Source: Vicugna vicugna
Taxonomy: Eukaryota
Direction of reading: 5' to 3'
Assembly (NCBI GenBank): GCA_013265495.1
Contig: MU057651.1
Span: 1,809,674-1,873,673, forward strand
Length of the DNA stretch: 64,000 nt
Positions 1 through 12,151 of this stretch are shown piece after piece (within the stretch, counting starts at the first letter, position 1; each line of letters begins with the position of its first letter). Under the pieces are notes generated by a model. The model was not told the origin of the DNA. It saw nothing but the letters and a program-made list of their open reading frames with translations, and ran no database searches. The position numbers and the translations under genes were made by a program.

Positions 1-233
1 CGCAAACAGAGCTGCTCTGGGTGCTCTTGGCTAAGGGTGTTGGGGTCCTCTGGTCTTTCTCGCCTGGTCCAGAGGAACTCAGACGCAACCCACCCCACTC
101 CCGCCCCCATGCTAGACCCACCCCAGCCTGCTTACCTGCACACCATGTTCTCCCAGGAAGAGGCTGGGGCGGCTGTATGCACACAGGGGACGCGCAGAGC
201 GCACATTGCATCCATTTAAAAAAGAATTTGTAA

Positions 234-363
234 GGGAAAGGGTGTAGCTCAGGGGTAGAGCGCGTGCCTAGCACGCACGAGGTCCTGGGTTCCATCCCCA
301 GCACCTCCACTAAATACGTAAATAAACCTGATTATCTCCCTCCGCAAAAAACCCCAAAATAAT
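234..363 (+). mobile_element. Vic-1-type camelid tRNA-derived SINE
   Basis: A box (TAGCTCAGGGG), B box (GGTTCCATCC), A-rich tail; TSD core gaatttgtaa at 224-233 and 370-379. Confidence 0.88.
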
Positions 364-489
364 AAAAAGGAATTTGTAAAGTTGGCCTTTTCCTATAAGA
401 AACTCACTACACTCCACACATTGAGGTAATATTTCTTTCCCATGTATTTCCATATGTTTCCGTAATATTGAGATAAAGAACGGAAGGTT

Positions 490-1480
490 GATGGTGAGAT
501 GGATGGGCTTCTCAGCCGGGGCGTCGGCGGCGCCGGTGCCCGTTTCTGCCGTGATGGGAGGCGTTGATGCACTCGTGATGCAGGGCTGAGGACGTGCGGG
601 AAGAGCGAGGAGAGGACGAGGAAGGGCGAGCGGGCGTGAGGCAGGGATGGGGGGAGTCTCTGAGGAGGTGGCTCAGGAGAAGGCGAGGTCTGGGAGCGCT
701 GCTCCTGAGGTTGGGTGGGGACGTGAGCTTGAGGGTTCCCTGTGGAGACGTCGAGGGTTCTGGCCTGGGCTCGGAGACATCTGTCTAAAGGGGGAGCTGG
801 TTCCACAGCTGCAAAACCCCACGGAAGTGAGACGCCGGGGCGGGTCCTCAGGAGCCCCCCAGCCACGAGGGCAGGTGCAGGAGGCGCCCACGGAGAGCGG
901 CCGCGGCGGGGATGAGCCTCGGTGTGGCTTCTGCATCCCAGGGCCGATGCTGACGGTGCCAGCAGTTAGACGCCCGCACACCTCGGGGGGCTTCCTGCAG
1001 GGGCCGTCATGACAGCAGGCACGGGGGGCTCACGCCTGGCGGGCCAGCTCGCAGGGCACAAGATGGGGGAAGGGGTGCAGGGATGGGAAAAACCAGGGGC
1101 CACAGAAACAGAAAGAGAAGGAAGGAATGAAAGAGGGGGCGACTGACAGGAGGAAGAAAGGACAGCTCTCCATGCCAGCTTTGCCCGGCCGGCCCTGGGT
1201 CACCCTGCACAGCGGCCACAGAGCCAGGGCGCCGCCCGCGGCTTCCCTTTGCGCCCTCCTCCCTCTCAGCAGGAGGGGTCTCTGTGGCCCTGGATGACCT
1301 CCCTTCGGGCTCAAGAAATTTGGGAACACGGCCCTCCCCGTTTCTGGCAAAGGAAAGCCGCCTTTTCTGAATTTGGCAGAGGGTGAACGTAGCCTGTGAT
1401 CGCAGATCGCCCCTCCGCGGCGGTCCGGCCCCTTCCCGGGGGTCGCTCCTCTTTCCCTTCCCCTGTGCCCGTCACCTGCA
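490..1480. other. GC/CpG-rich intronic block (CpG-island-like, partly resembling decayed L2)
   Basis: Visibly dense CG dinucleotides; part of 700-830 resembles the L2 internal consensus. Confidence 0.45.
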
Positions 1481-1649
1481 GAGCAGCCCCTTCTGTGACG
1501 CGCCCCAGGTCTCCTGTGTCCCCTGGTGACCATTTCTCACGTGTGTTCTTGTCCATCCCGGGCCAAGTTCCCTGTGGAGATCCACTGGCGTGCTGGGTGA
1601 TGACATTAAGAGATGACCCCCGTCTGGTGCATCCCGTTTGCCAGTTCTG

Positions 1650-1830
1650 AGTGCCTCGTGCGTGTGAGCTTGCTCATTCCTCGTGACAGCCAACGAAGTA
1701 GCCACAGTTGTTACCCCTCTTTTACAGGTCGTGACAAGTCACAGAAGGGCTGTGTGCCTCTCCAGGGCCATTGACTAGTGAGTGGGAGGAGTGGGAGTCG
1801 AACCCAAGGGCTCTGGTCCCACTTGGCTCA
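1650..1830. mobile_element. MIR relic
   Basis: MIR-core-like order: cattcctcgtgacagcc...cccctcttttacagg...ctagtgagtggg...tcgaacccaagg. Confidence 0.5.
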
Positions 1831-2389
1831 CATTCTCACATTCTCACGACTGTTCCCGTTCAGCCAATGAGGAACATGAGCTGGTGGTGGGATGCAAATG
1901 CAGCCGGTCTGACTCCTGCACCCTCAGGTCGCATCATGGCGCCTCCTGCCTCCCTCCTCTGCAGCGCGTCCCAGGGCTGGACCACGTGCCTGGATGCAGG
2001 CTCCCGCCGCATCGTCACCAGCGGCTCTCTCGCTGACCCTCCCCTGGGCAGTGTTTCTACACGGTCTTCCTTTTCACCGAGACCTTGACACCCGACTCAT
2101 TTCCCGTCTAATTTCTGGTTTCCTGAGCTGAGAGATGCCGCCCGTCCACTAACCCCTCAATGGGGTCTCACAACGTATTTTCTTTATTCATGAGTCTTTC
2201 CGCGCTTTGTTCCTGCTTTTGAAAAAGACGTTTGCTTCTTTGTCAAGAGTCTTTCTTCCACCTGCTTGATACTAACCTGATCTTCCCTCCTGAGACCTTC
2301 ATCTGGTGGTTTTGGTTTTCCTCTTCTTTGTATCCATTATGAGATGTATTTCTTCTTTGGTAACAGAACACCAGACACGTTGGTTGAAG

Positions 2390-2690
2390 CACGTCCATTA
2401 AGCACATTTATCTTCATGTGCAATAAAAATCCAGAAGTAACTGGTTGTTGGCACACGTCTTTACAGTTTGCTTGGCCCCAAAGTGGCTGCTGCAGCTCCA
2501 CCCATCACATCCAAGTTCTGGACAGCCAGCAAGAGGAAGGAGGGAAAGGCAAAAGGCAAAAAGAATGCCGCTGTCCCCTCTTAAACCGGCTCTCTGAAGG
2601 CCCCATCCAGTAACTGGGACCTATGTTTTATTGGTCATTCTGGCCACGGGAAAGTGTAAGACACGGAGACTTGAGCTGGGCGCTTCGCAG
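2390..2690. mobile_element. Old MaLR LTR (MLT1J/K-like)
   Basis: caaagtggctgctgcagctccacccatcacatccaagttc...ttattggtca motifs typical of old MLT1 LTRs. Confidence 0.5.
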
Positions 2691-3699
2691 TTAGGTTGCT
2701 GTTATGGAGGAAGACGCGGGGCAAGGGGTGTCAGGTGTCTGTGCAGGCTCGACTTCTCATGGGATTCCTTCCTCAGTGGAGGGTAGGTCGTTGGGTTGAA
2801 CAGGCTGTGCACTGTGACTTCCGTTTCAAGACTGTCGTAGGTTATGGAGAAGACATCCCTAAGTGTGTGTGTGTGTGTGTGTGCACAAGGGAGAGCCGGA
2901 GTGTGGTGGTGGCTGGCACCGGGCACGGCTCACCGGCGGGCACCGGTGCGTTGACCCCGGTGATGAGGCGTGAGTTCCCAGGCCCTCTGCATGTGGTCGG
3001 CGGAGCACGTCCTGAGAACCACGGCAGGTGCCTGCCTGCCTGCAGGCTGTGGGCACAGCCGTGACCCGCGTTGAAGGAACCTGTCACAGCTGCTCACGGC
3101 TCCTGTCTGCTTTTCCCTCCCGTGGGACTGACTCACGCCGGAGAGTTAAGTCCGAGCGTTAAAAGCGACCCTCCCAGGAAGGGAAGGGAAATCGCAGAAT
3201 CCGTGCTTCCGAAGCGCGGAGTTTATAGTCCGAAGTTCGCCAGGACAGTTTCGGGGATGGGGGAGGGAAGACGGGGAGGGGGGCTCTTTAGGCATAAACA
3301 AAACAAAGCGTTAAAGGATTTAAAGAAAATCCTGGCGCTTATGAGAGTTTTCAGTTCCACCCAGATCTCTGGAGCGGTTCTCCGTGATGCGTAACCCAGC
3401 ACCTCGCTGCCACAGGCCCCCTCCTCGCCTCCCCCCTTTCGCGGGGGAGGTGCTGACGCCACGCCGTGCTAACCGGGTAGAACGGCACGTCGGCGCCCGT
3501 GTCCGTGAAGGACAGCCAGCGGCAGAGCCGGGTTGCGATGAATTCCTGAGTGTCAGATTTTTCAGACAGCGAAATCTTCCAGCAATTTGGAACGCTTTCT
3601 TCGTACCGCCTTCCTGTGGAAACGGACTTGGAACGTGCCCATCTTGGGTCCACGCAGTAGTAACCGTGATTTTTTTTTTTCCTTTAATTCAACTCCCAG

Positions 3700-3811
3700 G
3701 TTCGGTGAAGGCTGCACAGTGAAGGTCTGGCTCCGCGAGGAGGCAAGTCAGAATGAACACGCTGCCGTTTGTGACTGCTTGACGCTCTGTTTCCCAGGAT
3801 TGCAGTTTAAG
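3700..3811 (+). CDS. ABCA13: ABCA13 third-to-last coding exon (start of C-terminal regulatory region after NBD2)
   Basis: Polypyrimidine tract + AG (3698-3699), GT donor at 3812. Translates (R)FGEGCTVKVWLREEASQNEHAAVCDCLTLCFPGLQFK, matching recalled human ABCA13 [36 protein letters not shown]. Ends in phase 0, in frame with the next exon. Confidence 0.93.
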
Positions 3812-3895
3812 GTAGCGCTAAGACTGGACGCTCCGTCTCTGTCTTCAGCTAAAAAGATCTTACAAATGCATCTGTCTTTTCCTTGCTTTAATTCT

Positions 3896-4035
3896 TTCAT
3901 TTTAAATTTATTTTTATTTGTTTATTGTATGTATTTTCGGGGGGAGGGAGGAAGGCGGGTTTATTTATTTATTCTTGAACCCAGGACCTTGTGCGTGCTA
4001 AGCACGTGGTCGACCAGTGAGCTACACCCTCCCCC
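3896..4035 (-). mobile_element. Vic-1-type SINE (intronic)
   Basis: Reverse-complement A/B boxes and T-rich tail; TSD ccttg(c/t)tttaattct at 3881-3895 and 4039-4053. Confidence 0.85.
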
Positions 4036-4319
4036 GCTCCTTGTTTTAATTCTGTGCTATCAGAAGATGTTGCCTATTGGCTTGGCCTCATGGCAAAGTA
4101 CAGGCCACATCTCCCCCCAAAATTGCCAGGACGGTGGCTGTCCCTCGATCTCCCTGAAGGTGACAAGCCTGCTTGGCCACCTGCTGGCTGGTTACTCAAC
4201 CCACCGTTTTCTGGGGACCCAACTCCATCACCCACGACTCCACTGTGGTCAGGATGGAAGAGGACGAAATTAGATTTCTCCTGTGTCTTTGCTGGGGGGT
4301 TGTAAGTGGGTGGTTCCAG

Positions 4320-4525
4320 TGTTATTTCTCAAGATGTGCCCCACGCCTGAGATTGTCACCTTCCACAAACCTGATGCAACGTGGGGTCCCTGAGCCAGCC
4401 ACGTCTCCATCACCTGGGAGTGGGTTAGACCTGCAGAATCCGAGTCCCAACCTGCTGAGTCCAAAGCCGCCCCTTAGCCAGGTGACCCGGGGCTTCCTGT
4501 GCACGTTCACGTCCCAGGAGCACCG
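4320..4525. mobile_element. MER5A-like hAT relic
   Basis: ttctcaagatgtg...atcacctgggag...tgcagaatccgagtccca...cctgctgagtc...ccaggtga pattern. Confidence 0.45.
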
Positions 4526-5157
4526 TCTGCAGATCTCCCGTGATTCTAGCTTGTCGTGGCTTCTGACAGTTGTAGTCCTTCCTGAGAATGGTGATTGCCT
4601 GTCTCTTTGAACATCCACCATTGAGTAAAATCCTACCGGGTCAGAAGTAGGCTGTCCAAGCCACAGGTGTTCAGGCTCAAGGACCACCCTGAACGACCCT
4701 ATGGAACAGTCCCTGGCATCTCCATTTGCACCTGTGACAGTGAGGCTTGGGACAGTTAAATATCTTTCCAGCTAATGGTGAGCACGGCTGGGAGCCGGAG
4801 CGTCAAGTCCAGACACCTCCTGCATTTCTCTTATGCCACGCAACCCCCCACTCCCAGCTGTCCCCGGGCACTTCGCGCCCCTCTGTGAGGTCTCCCCCGT
4901 GCTTGTCGAAAGGCGTTGGCATCAAGGGCTAGAAGGACAGCTGCCCCCCGGGGGCACCTCTTCTCCTGTCTGCCTCCTTCCTGGTGACTTGCAGTCAACG
5001 TGCATTCCTTGGGGACTCACAACAGACACGCACACACTTAGTTTGTATTTATGTGTGGTTTGAAAAATAATTTATTTGGCCGTTAAATAGAAGGTGATCC
5101 GTTTTCTTTGGCAATTGCTTACTCACATGATGCAAAACATTTTTTTTTTCCTTTTAG

Positions 5158-5295
5158 GGGCAGCGCCATAATCTATTGGAATACGATGTGCCAAAAAGAT
5201 GGGGCTGTCTGGCTGACCTGTTCAAAGTTCTAGAGAACCATAAAAACGTCTTGAAGATCAGACATTACTCCATCACCCAAACCAGTTTGGAGCAG
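5158..5295 (+). CDS. ABCA13: ABCA13 penultimate coding exon
   Basis: ttttttccttttAG acceptor, CAG|GTAGGG donor, 138 nt = [46 protein letters not shown], containing the ABCA-family YS(I/V)xQTxLEQ motif. Confidence 0.96.
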
Positions 5296-5918
5296 GTAGG
5301 GGACCTTGAAGGAGTCAGCGAGCCACGTTTCGCTGTGTTGTTGAGACCGACTCCAGACTGCTTCTTGGGGTCGCCGTTTCTTTTACTGATCATTGTTTAA
5401 TTTCACAAAGTTTTGATGCAGACGGGGAGCACGAGGAGGTCTGTTTATTGTGTGCGCTCCACGCAGCGGGGCTCCCATCCGTTCGTAGTCCCACTGGGCG
5501 TTCGGGTGAGGAGGGAAGTCGGGCCCCGTGAGGCTTCCTCACGTTACCCACCACCCCCGGAACGATTTAAGGGCCCCCACTGTCACGGAGGGATAGCCGA
5601 CTTGGGGAAGAAAAGCGCCTGGTTTCCTGGGGGGTACCGGAAGGCGAAATGCAATCCAACATTCAGTCTAAAGCCATGCTTAAGGCGTTGAGAATTCACT
5701 GGCCATTTATTAATTGTCCGGGAAGGTTTATCATTCCTCGAGTTGGAGCTCGGAAGACTTCCTGTGGATGCTGATTTAGGAGAGGACAGTATGAACGAAT
5801 GACTTGTGATTTTTAGGGAAACATTGGGCAGTGTCTGCAACGAAGTCCCTTATAAAAGTCGAGAGCAGATAGCTGAGTTTTCTTACAAGGCAACAACTCT
5901 CTCCATCATTTCTCTCAG

Positions 5919-6014
5919 GTTTTTATTAATTTTGCCACCGAGCAGCAGCAAACTCCGCCACCTTCTCCGGATCCAGCCTCTGACCGCGACTGCCCGCAGC
6001 ACCTGCCCATCTAA
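5919..6014 (+). CDS. ABCA13: ABCA13 terminal coding exon
   Basis: tctctcAG acceptor; VFINFATEQQQTPPPSPDPASDRDCPQHLPI-TAA. VFINFA is the counterpart of the ABCA1 VFVNFA motif; HLPI* matches the recalled human ABCA13 C-terminus. Confidence 0.96.
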   Translation, partial: VFINFATEQQQTPPPSPDPASDRDCPQHLPI

Positions 6015-7390
6015 ACACTGTGCTGTCCTTTGTTGTAATTAATTCTCCGAGATGAAAGGGGTGTGAGGCATCGGAGGACACGCGGCGGGCAGTCAACTTT
6101 CCTGCTCTCCTTCATTTTCTACCTGGAAACTCTTTGTTAATTAATTACCGACAAGCTGGAAAGCCGTCCTTCTCTGCAGACATTCGGGGAGCTGCTCCGA
6201 CACATTGCCTCTGTCTGCCAAGCCAGGGTGGGGACCAGGCTCGTGAGACACGGCGTGAACCAACGGACAGAGGTCAGGCTGGGACGTCCTGGAGCTGGAA
6301 AGGCTGTCGGGGGCTGGCCATGCCGAATAGCTCACTCTCCTCTTAAGGAGACTGAAGCCCCCGAGGTTAAAACTTTTCCTAACGTATTGCATTAGGAATA
6401 GTACTATTTCTGTAATCTTTTTACCAAATCACATTTCCACGTGTCTGAATAACAATTCACATTTCAATGAGTTAAAAAGCACGCTTTGCTTAATCCTGGA
6501 TGGCATTAGATGGAATGATATTTAAAAATGCCATTTTTTTTCCTACAAAAGATGCTTTTTTTAAAAAAAAATAAGAAGTTTTTCAGTCGAAACTTTAGCA
6601 AAATTAAATAAATCGAACTGGGTACTCTGTATCAGTCATAAAAAGTTTTACTAGAATTTCACAGATTGTATGTTTAACGCAATATAGAAAGAAATACAAC
6701 GTGTAGATATGTTTTCCTTTTTTTCATTTGGATGAATGTTTACTGTTCTTAAAATTATTCGGAGCCAGTGGGTTTTGGTGTGTTTCCATATCAGGGGCAC
6801 CAGCATCTCCTGGGAGCGGGCTGGACAGAGTCCCAGACTCCGGGGTGGGAGGTCCGCAGTCTGGGTGCCACAAGGCCCCCACGCTGGTTTCTGATGCCCA
6901 GCACCTGTCTGTGTCTGCTGCTCAAAAGAGCTTCCAGTCAGACATTTCTGAGTTGAAACATTTCTCAGCCTTCTTTGAATAACGTTTTTTTCTGCCCCCC
7001 CCAATGGAGGGCTGCACTGAATTCATTTTAAAATTTAACTTTACTCACTGAAGTTTCTGAGTTAACAGTAGCTTGCAATCAGAGGCAAACGCTTTCTTGT
7101 GACGTCTCTTCGCTAACGTCAGGTTTCATTCGGCTGTATCTCTCCCAGACGTCACCCTGCATTAGAGATGCTTTTAAACGGTCAGGAGGAAGGCTGGAAT
7201 CACAGATGGTTTGACTGAACGATTCTGATTCACCCGGATGATGTGAATTATGCTTTCTTAAAGACGTTCCAATTCAGGCTTTTCTGATTTTTTTTCTGCC
7301 CCAATTCTAAGATCGTCTCATTGTCAAAATGGAAGATGTAATCTTTTGTTGGTGTCAAATCAATAAAGAAAATTTGTGAAACGCGAACAC
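6015..7390 (+). other. ABCA13: Probable ABCA13 3' UTR
   Basis: Follows the stop codon; AT-rich with no obvious interspersed repeat; AATAAA at 6607-6612 and 7362-7367. The true end is not determinable from sequence. Confidence 0.55.
7362..7367 (+). terminator. Candidate polyadenylation signal of ABCA13
   Basis: AATAAA ~1.35 kb after the stop, followed by GT/T-rich sequence (atgtgtttt). Confidence 0.45.
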
Positions 7391-8830
7391 GTTTCTGCCG
7401 CAGTGGATAAATGAGATGTGTTTTAACCGGGCCTGATTCTCGGAAAGGCGCTGTGTTCTTGCCGGAGTATCTCCTGGCATCTTTAGGGATTTAACTGAAC
7501 GATGGTGAGGAGGAAATGAAACCACGCTAGATCTTTTAAAGCTTCAGAAGCTTAAGATTTAATTGAGTTTTGCTCTGCTATGTTCTGCTCTTAAAAATTC
7601 TCTCCTTGTCTTTGAGCTGCTGTGCGCTTGAAGCCTGTGCGTCGAGGTGTGCCTCTGAGCGACAAACAGGCAGAGACAGAGAAACCCAAGGTGCTGCAAC
7701 GCCATGTCCCAGAAGAGCGGAGACAAAAAGGTCAAGCCTCATGTTAACGCTGACAATGTCGTTGCATTTACAAGTCACGCAGATGGCGTGTGCCTTTGGA
7801 GTTCAACATTTGTCTTAAGACCCGTGGGCTTAAGGTCACACAACTGAGACTTTAAACAACCTGCCTCTTTCTGGAAGTGTTCTGAGTGGAGAACTTTATA
7901 AAGCAGACACAGCAGTGAGAATTCCTCTGCTACTAACCTGGCTTTCATTATGTAGTTTATAACAGACGATGTATTGAAGCCGTCACGCAAAATCAAGAGT
8001 GCAAAAAGCCAACAAGATGCATATGTTTGGACCGGCAAGGAGTGAGGGCCTTATGCTTAGGGTTAGCTTGGTTGAGGGGGTATGGATTGAAAAATAGCTC
8101 AACATGGTCCCTCCTGACCATCATATGAGATGCAGGCACCACACACCCCCCTCCCCCACTACGTGGGGTCCTTGAGTTTGACATGAACACTTCAGCTTCA
8201 TCCCACATTCTCCTACCCAAGGCGGGTGGGGTGTATAGACATTTTAAATCTCCAAACAGGTTTGACCGTGTTTTCCACTTCGGCTGCTTCGATCTGTGGT
8301 TTTGGGTGTGGCGTGGGTACGGTATGTTTCAACGGATTTCCACACATTTGTTTAGTTCAGAGCCCTTTCGGGCAGACACGTGTGTGCGCGATCATTCTTT
8401 CGGTTAATGACACTGAGCCCGTTCTAAGCACGTGGATGGATGGTGGGGACTGGAAACGGGGTGGCAGATGCCAGCGAAAAAGCCACAGCCTTTGTCCCTG
8501 AGAAGCAGGCAGGCAGACGGGGTGGGGAGGTGAGGTCCGCAGGCAGGAGCACACCCTGCTCTCTAACCGAGGGCGACTTCGTGGAATCCTTACCGTCCGG
8601 ACGGGCCTGTACGGATAGAGGATCGGAAAAGGGTATTTGTGGGTTTTAAGGGAATATCAGAGCAGATCAGCAATATTCACGATGTTTGCCTGTTACTCAT
8701 GAGGAAGCTGATGTAATGGTTCCTGAGACATCAGGGAACCAGCTCTGTCATCTACAGTTTCCTTCATACTCCAAGGTGGTCATGGAGCCCTGGCCAGCAC
8801 AATGTGCACAGCAGCAACAACAGATAAATT

Positions 8831-9471
8831 AAAACAGTTACCCTAGGATCCAGCACCCCCACTGCTGGGCACATATCCAGAGGGAACTCTAAGTCAAAAA
8901 GACACCTGCACCCCAATGTTCACAGCAGCACTATTTACAACAGCCAAGACATGGAAATGACATAAATGTCCATTGACAGATGACTGGATAAAGGAGCTAT
9001 GGTATATGTATACAATGGAATACTACTCAGCCATAAAAAGGATAAAATAACGCCAGTAGCAGCAACATGGATGGACCTGGAGAATGTCATTCTAAATGAA
9101 GTAAGCCAGAGAGAGAAAGAAAAATACCATATGAGATCACTTATATGTGGAATAGAAAAAAAAAGACACCAATGAACTTATTCACAAAACAGAGATAGAC
9201 TCACAGACATAGAAAACAAACTGATGGTTACCAGGGTGGGAAAAGGAGTGGGGAGGGATAAATTGGGAATTCGGTATTTGCAGACACACATTACTGTATA
9301 TAAAAGAGATAAACAAAAAGATCCTACTGCACAGCACAGAGAACTATAGTCAATGTCTTGTAGTCACCTATGGTGAAAAAGAATATGAAAAAGTATATTT
9401 ACATATGTGTAAGTGAATCACTTGTTGTACACCAGAAATTAACACACTGTAATTTGACGATATATCAATAA
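8831..9471 (+). mobile_element. 5'-truncated L1 (ORF2 end + 3' UTR)
   Basis: caatggaatactactcagccataaaaa... L1 motifs, AATAAA end; TSD core agataaatt at 8822-8830 and 9479-9487. Confidence 0.9.
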
Positions 9472-10824
9472 AACAAAAAGATAAATTGGATTAAGGGGGG
9501 GGAAAGCACACCGTTTAAAGAGATCTCCTGGTAGTCCAGCCGACATATTTAGGATTGGATGACGTTGGCCAGATAATCACGTGGCTGTAACTTAGCTGCG
9601 AACATCCGGGCAATACAGTTTTAGCTGTGGCCGTAAAATGAAATGAGGGCTTTGATTCTACGCGAGAACAAAGGAGATGTGGGCTAGACAGCCAGTGATT
9701 TCTACTACAGGAGCACGTAAGGTTTGTGGCCATTTCCCACGAGGACAGAATGAAAGCAATTTTGGGAGCAAGTTGCGTAAACTAGGTGATGTCAGATCAC
9801 GTGACTGCCTTCGAGCCATCCAGGTCCTAACAGTATTGCAGCATTTAGGATCGGAGCAGTGTGTCAACGTCTGTAGATCACAGTCCATCTGTATCTGTAA
9901 ACATTCTTGTCAAAGTGAGTGAAGGAAAAGAATGCATTTTATGGATGTTTTCCATTTGGGCTAAATAAATAGCATTGCCATCGCCTCCCAGCGAGAATCC
10001 CTACAGAGAGCTTTAATGCACACGTTCCTCCTGCTGGAGAGGGTTCCCAGCTGCTTCAGGAAGCCAAAAGTGTATTTCTTAATTATTTGTTATTGCTTGT
10101 CATTGCCAAGAAGGCGTTTCACTATCTTATCAGTAAATGGATCACATTTTTCTTTACATGAAAATGTTTTAAGGAAAAAAAAATGAGTCTCCTGAGTTAA
10201 GTGCACATCTCGAACCCAGCAAAGTTCACTGGCTTTGAAACACATCTAGAAATTTCACGAGCGGATCTTTCTTGCAAGGAGAAGGCACCGTTTTGAATAC
10301 CGTGTTTGCCGGGGCATTTGTGTCCCACAAAGCCGTGGTCAGTGAGTTCCATGTGCTGCGACATCGTGGTGGGGTATTTAGTTTGTGGGTCGCAAGGCAG
10401 TGCGTCGGGGGAAGGTCACTGGCTGGACGTCAGCTGGTCTGATCCGCCATCCAGCCCGAGTGTGACTGCCTCCCTCCCATATTTTGTTTCCTTGGGCTCT
10501 GTTTCCCTCACTTTGAGGATCGTGATGCCATCTTTAAGAAGCCTAATTGAATCGGCAAATCACAGGGAGAAACAGCAGGAGACAATATTAGCAAATGTAA
10601 TGGGGCGTATCTACAGATAGAAATAAAAACCCAGAGGAGAGTAATGTGAAAAACTCTGCGAAATACTTGAAAACAGATGAAGTAGGGGGTATATCTTAGG
10701 GAACAGCGAGGGATCAGGATTCCTTCCGGAAAATAGTAGCCACACCAGAAAATGAACGTTGTCCAACGTTGTCCCTGGTGTAACCTGCCATGAATATCCT
10801 GCAAGACAGCAGACTCAGAGACAC

Positions 10825-11385
10825 ATATTTCAGATGTACAATTTGATGAATTTCAATAGATGTCTACACCCATGAAACCACCACCACAATCAAGACAGCT
10901 CACATTTCCATCCCTCCCCAACAGGTACAATTGTTGAACTCCCAATTTATCCCTTTCTGCCCCCATTACCTCATGGTAGCCATAAGTTTGTTCTCCACGT
11001 CTGTGAGTCTGTTTCTGTTTTGTAAATAAGTTCATTTGTGTCATATTTTTTAGATTCCACATGTAAGTGATATCATATGATATTTATCTTTCTCTTTCTG
11101 GCTTACTTCACTCAGTATGACCATCTCCAGGTCCCTCCATGTTGCTGCAAATGGCATTATGTTATCCTTTTTTATGGCTGAGTAGTATTCCATTGTATAC
11201 ATACACCACAACTTCTTTATCCAGTCACCTGTCGATGGACATTTAGGTTGTTTCCATGTCTTGGCTGTTGTAAATACTGCTGCTGTGAACACTGGGGTGC
11301 ATTGTTGAATTAAGAGTTTCCTCCAGATAGATTACCCAGGAATGGGATTGCTGGGTCATAGGGTGAGTCTATTTTTAGTTTTTTA
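10825..11385 (-). mobile_element. L1 3' fragment(s), composite of an older and a younger copy
   Basis: ORF 11050-11292 ([29 protein letters not shown]...) is the L1 ORF2 C-terminus; 3' UTR motifs present. Confidence 0.85.
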
Positions 11386-12151
11386 AGTTGAAGAAGAGAC
11401 ACATTTTGACTGTCAGTGATACATATGTTAGTTTTTCCTTCCTTTTTATTGAGATGCAATTGCTGTATAACATTGTATAAATTTCAGGCGTAAGCATGTG
11501 ACTCCTTTGAAGGAAAAGTGGCAGGTGCTTTGAGGTCAGTGGGATGTAACCTAGCGGAGTTGAAGAGGGGAGGCTGTCTGAAGGGTGGGCGATGACAGCT
11601 GAGACTTGAAGGTTGAGGACTCCACCGTGGAGCGTTTGGCAAAGACAGGGTTCTGCGATATGTTAAGCCAGGAAGAACAAGTGCCAATGAGACTGAGAGC
11701 AAACCCCACCAAACGACACGTACAGAGCATGAGCGCGCTATTGGTTATTCCGTCTCTGAGCTCCTGGATTTCAAGAAAGCCATATGGGTCAGTCTTATCA
11801 TTGGTTTGCAGATGAGCGGGAGAAATGAACAAACGTGAGCTTCTGGATGCTAAAAACTTTGCAGCCATAACTTATCACAAAAGTTAAGTGCTGAATTATG
11901 GACTCTAACGTGTTGAATCCAGGTGATTCAGAAACAGAGCCTCTGTACTTGGCCTGCTTCTACTCAAGATGCTTTAGAAATATCTAAACACCCTCTGCCC
12001 TGCATGTAAGACCGCATGGAGTCTGCAGAACGTGTTCCAATGACATGGTCGGGCCCGAAGACCATGCCTGGCTCAGAGCCTGCCCACCGCCAGGGGACCT
12101 AGTGTGTCCGAGTTATCACCCCTGTGATGGGCTGTGTCCCTCCACACAGCT

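Noticed and set aside
234..310. tRNA gene
   Set aside because: The tRNA-like head has an A-rich tail and TSD, and diverged copies occur elsewhere in the window: a SINE.
393..1556. Overlapping 100-170 aa ORFs
   Set aside because: Pro/Arg/Gly-rich products expected from stop-poor GC-rich DNA; no recognisable domain.
3587..4273. 228-aa ORF as a standalone gene
   Set aside because: Only 3700-3811 is ABCA13-like; the rest reads through intron and a SINE.
5176..5400. 74-aa ORF as a small protein
   Set aside because: It is the ABCA13 penultimate exon reading past its GT donor at 5296.
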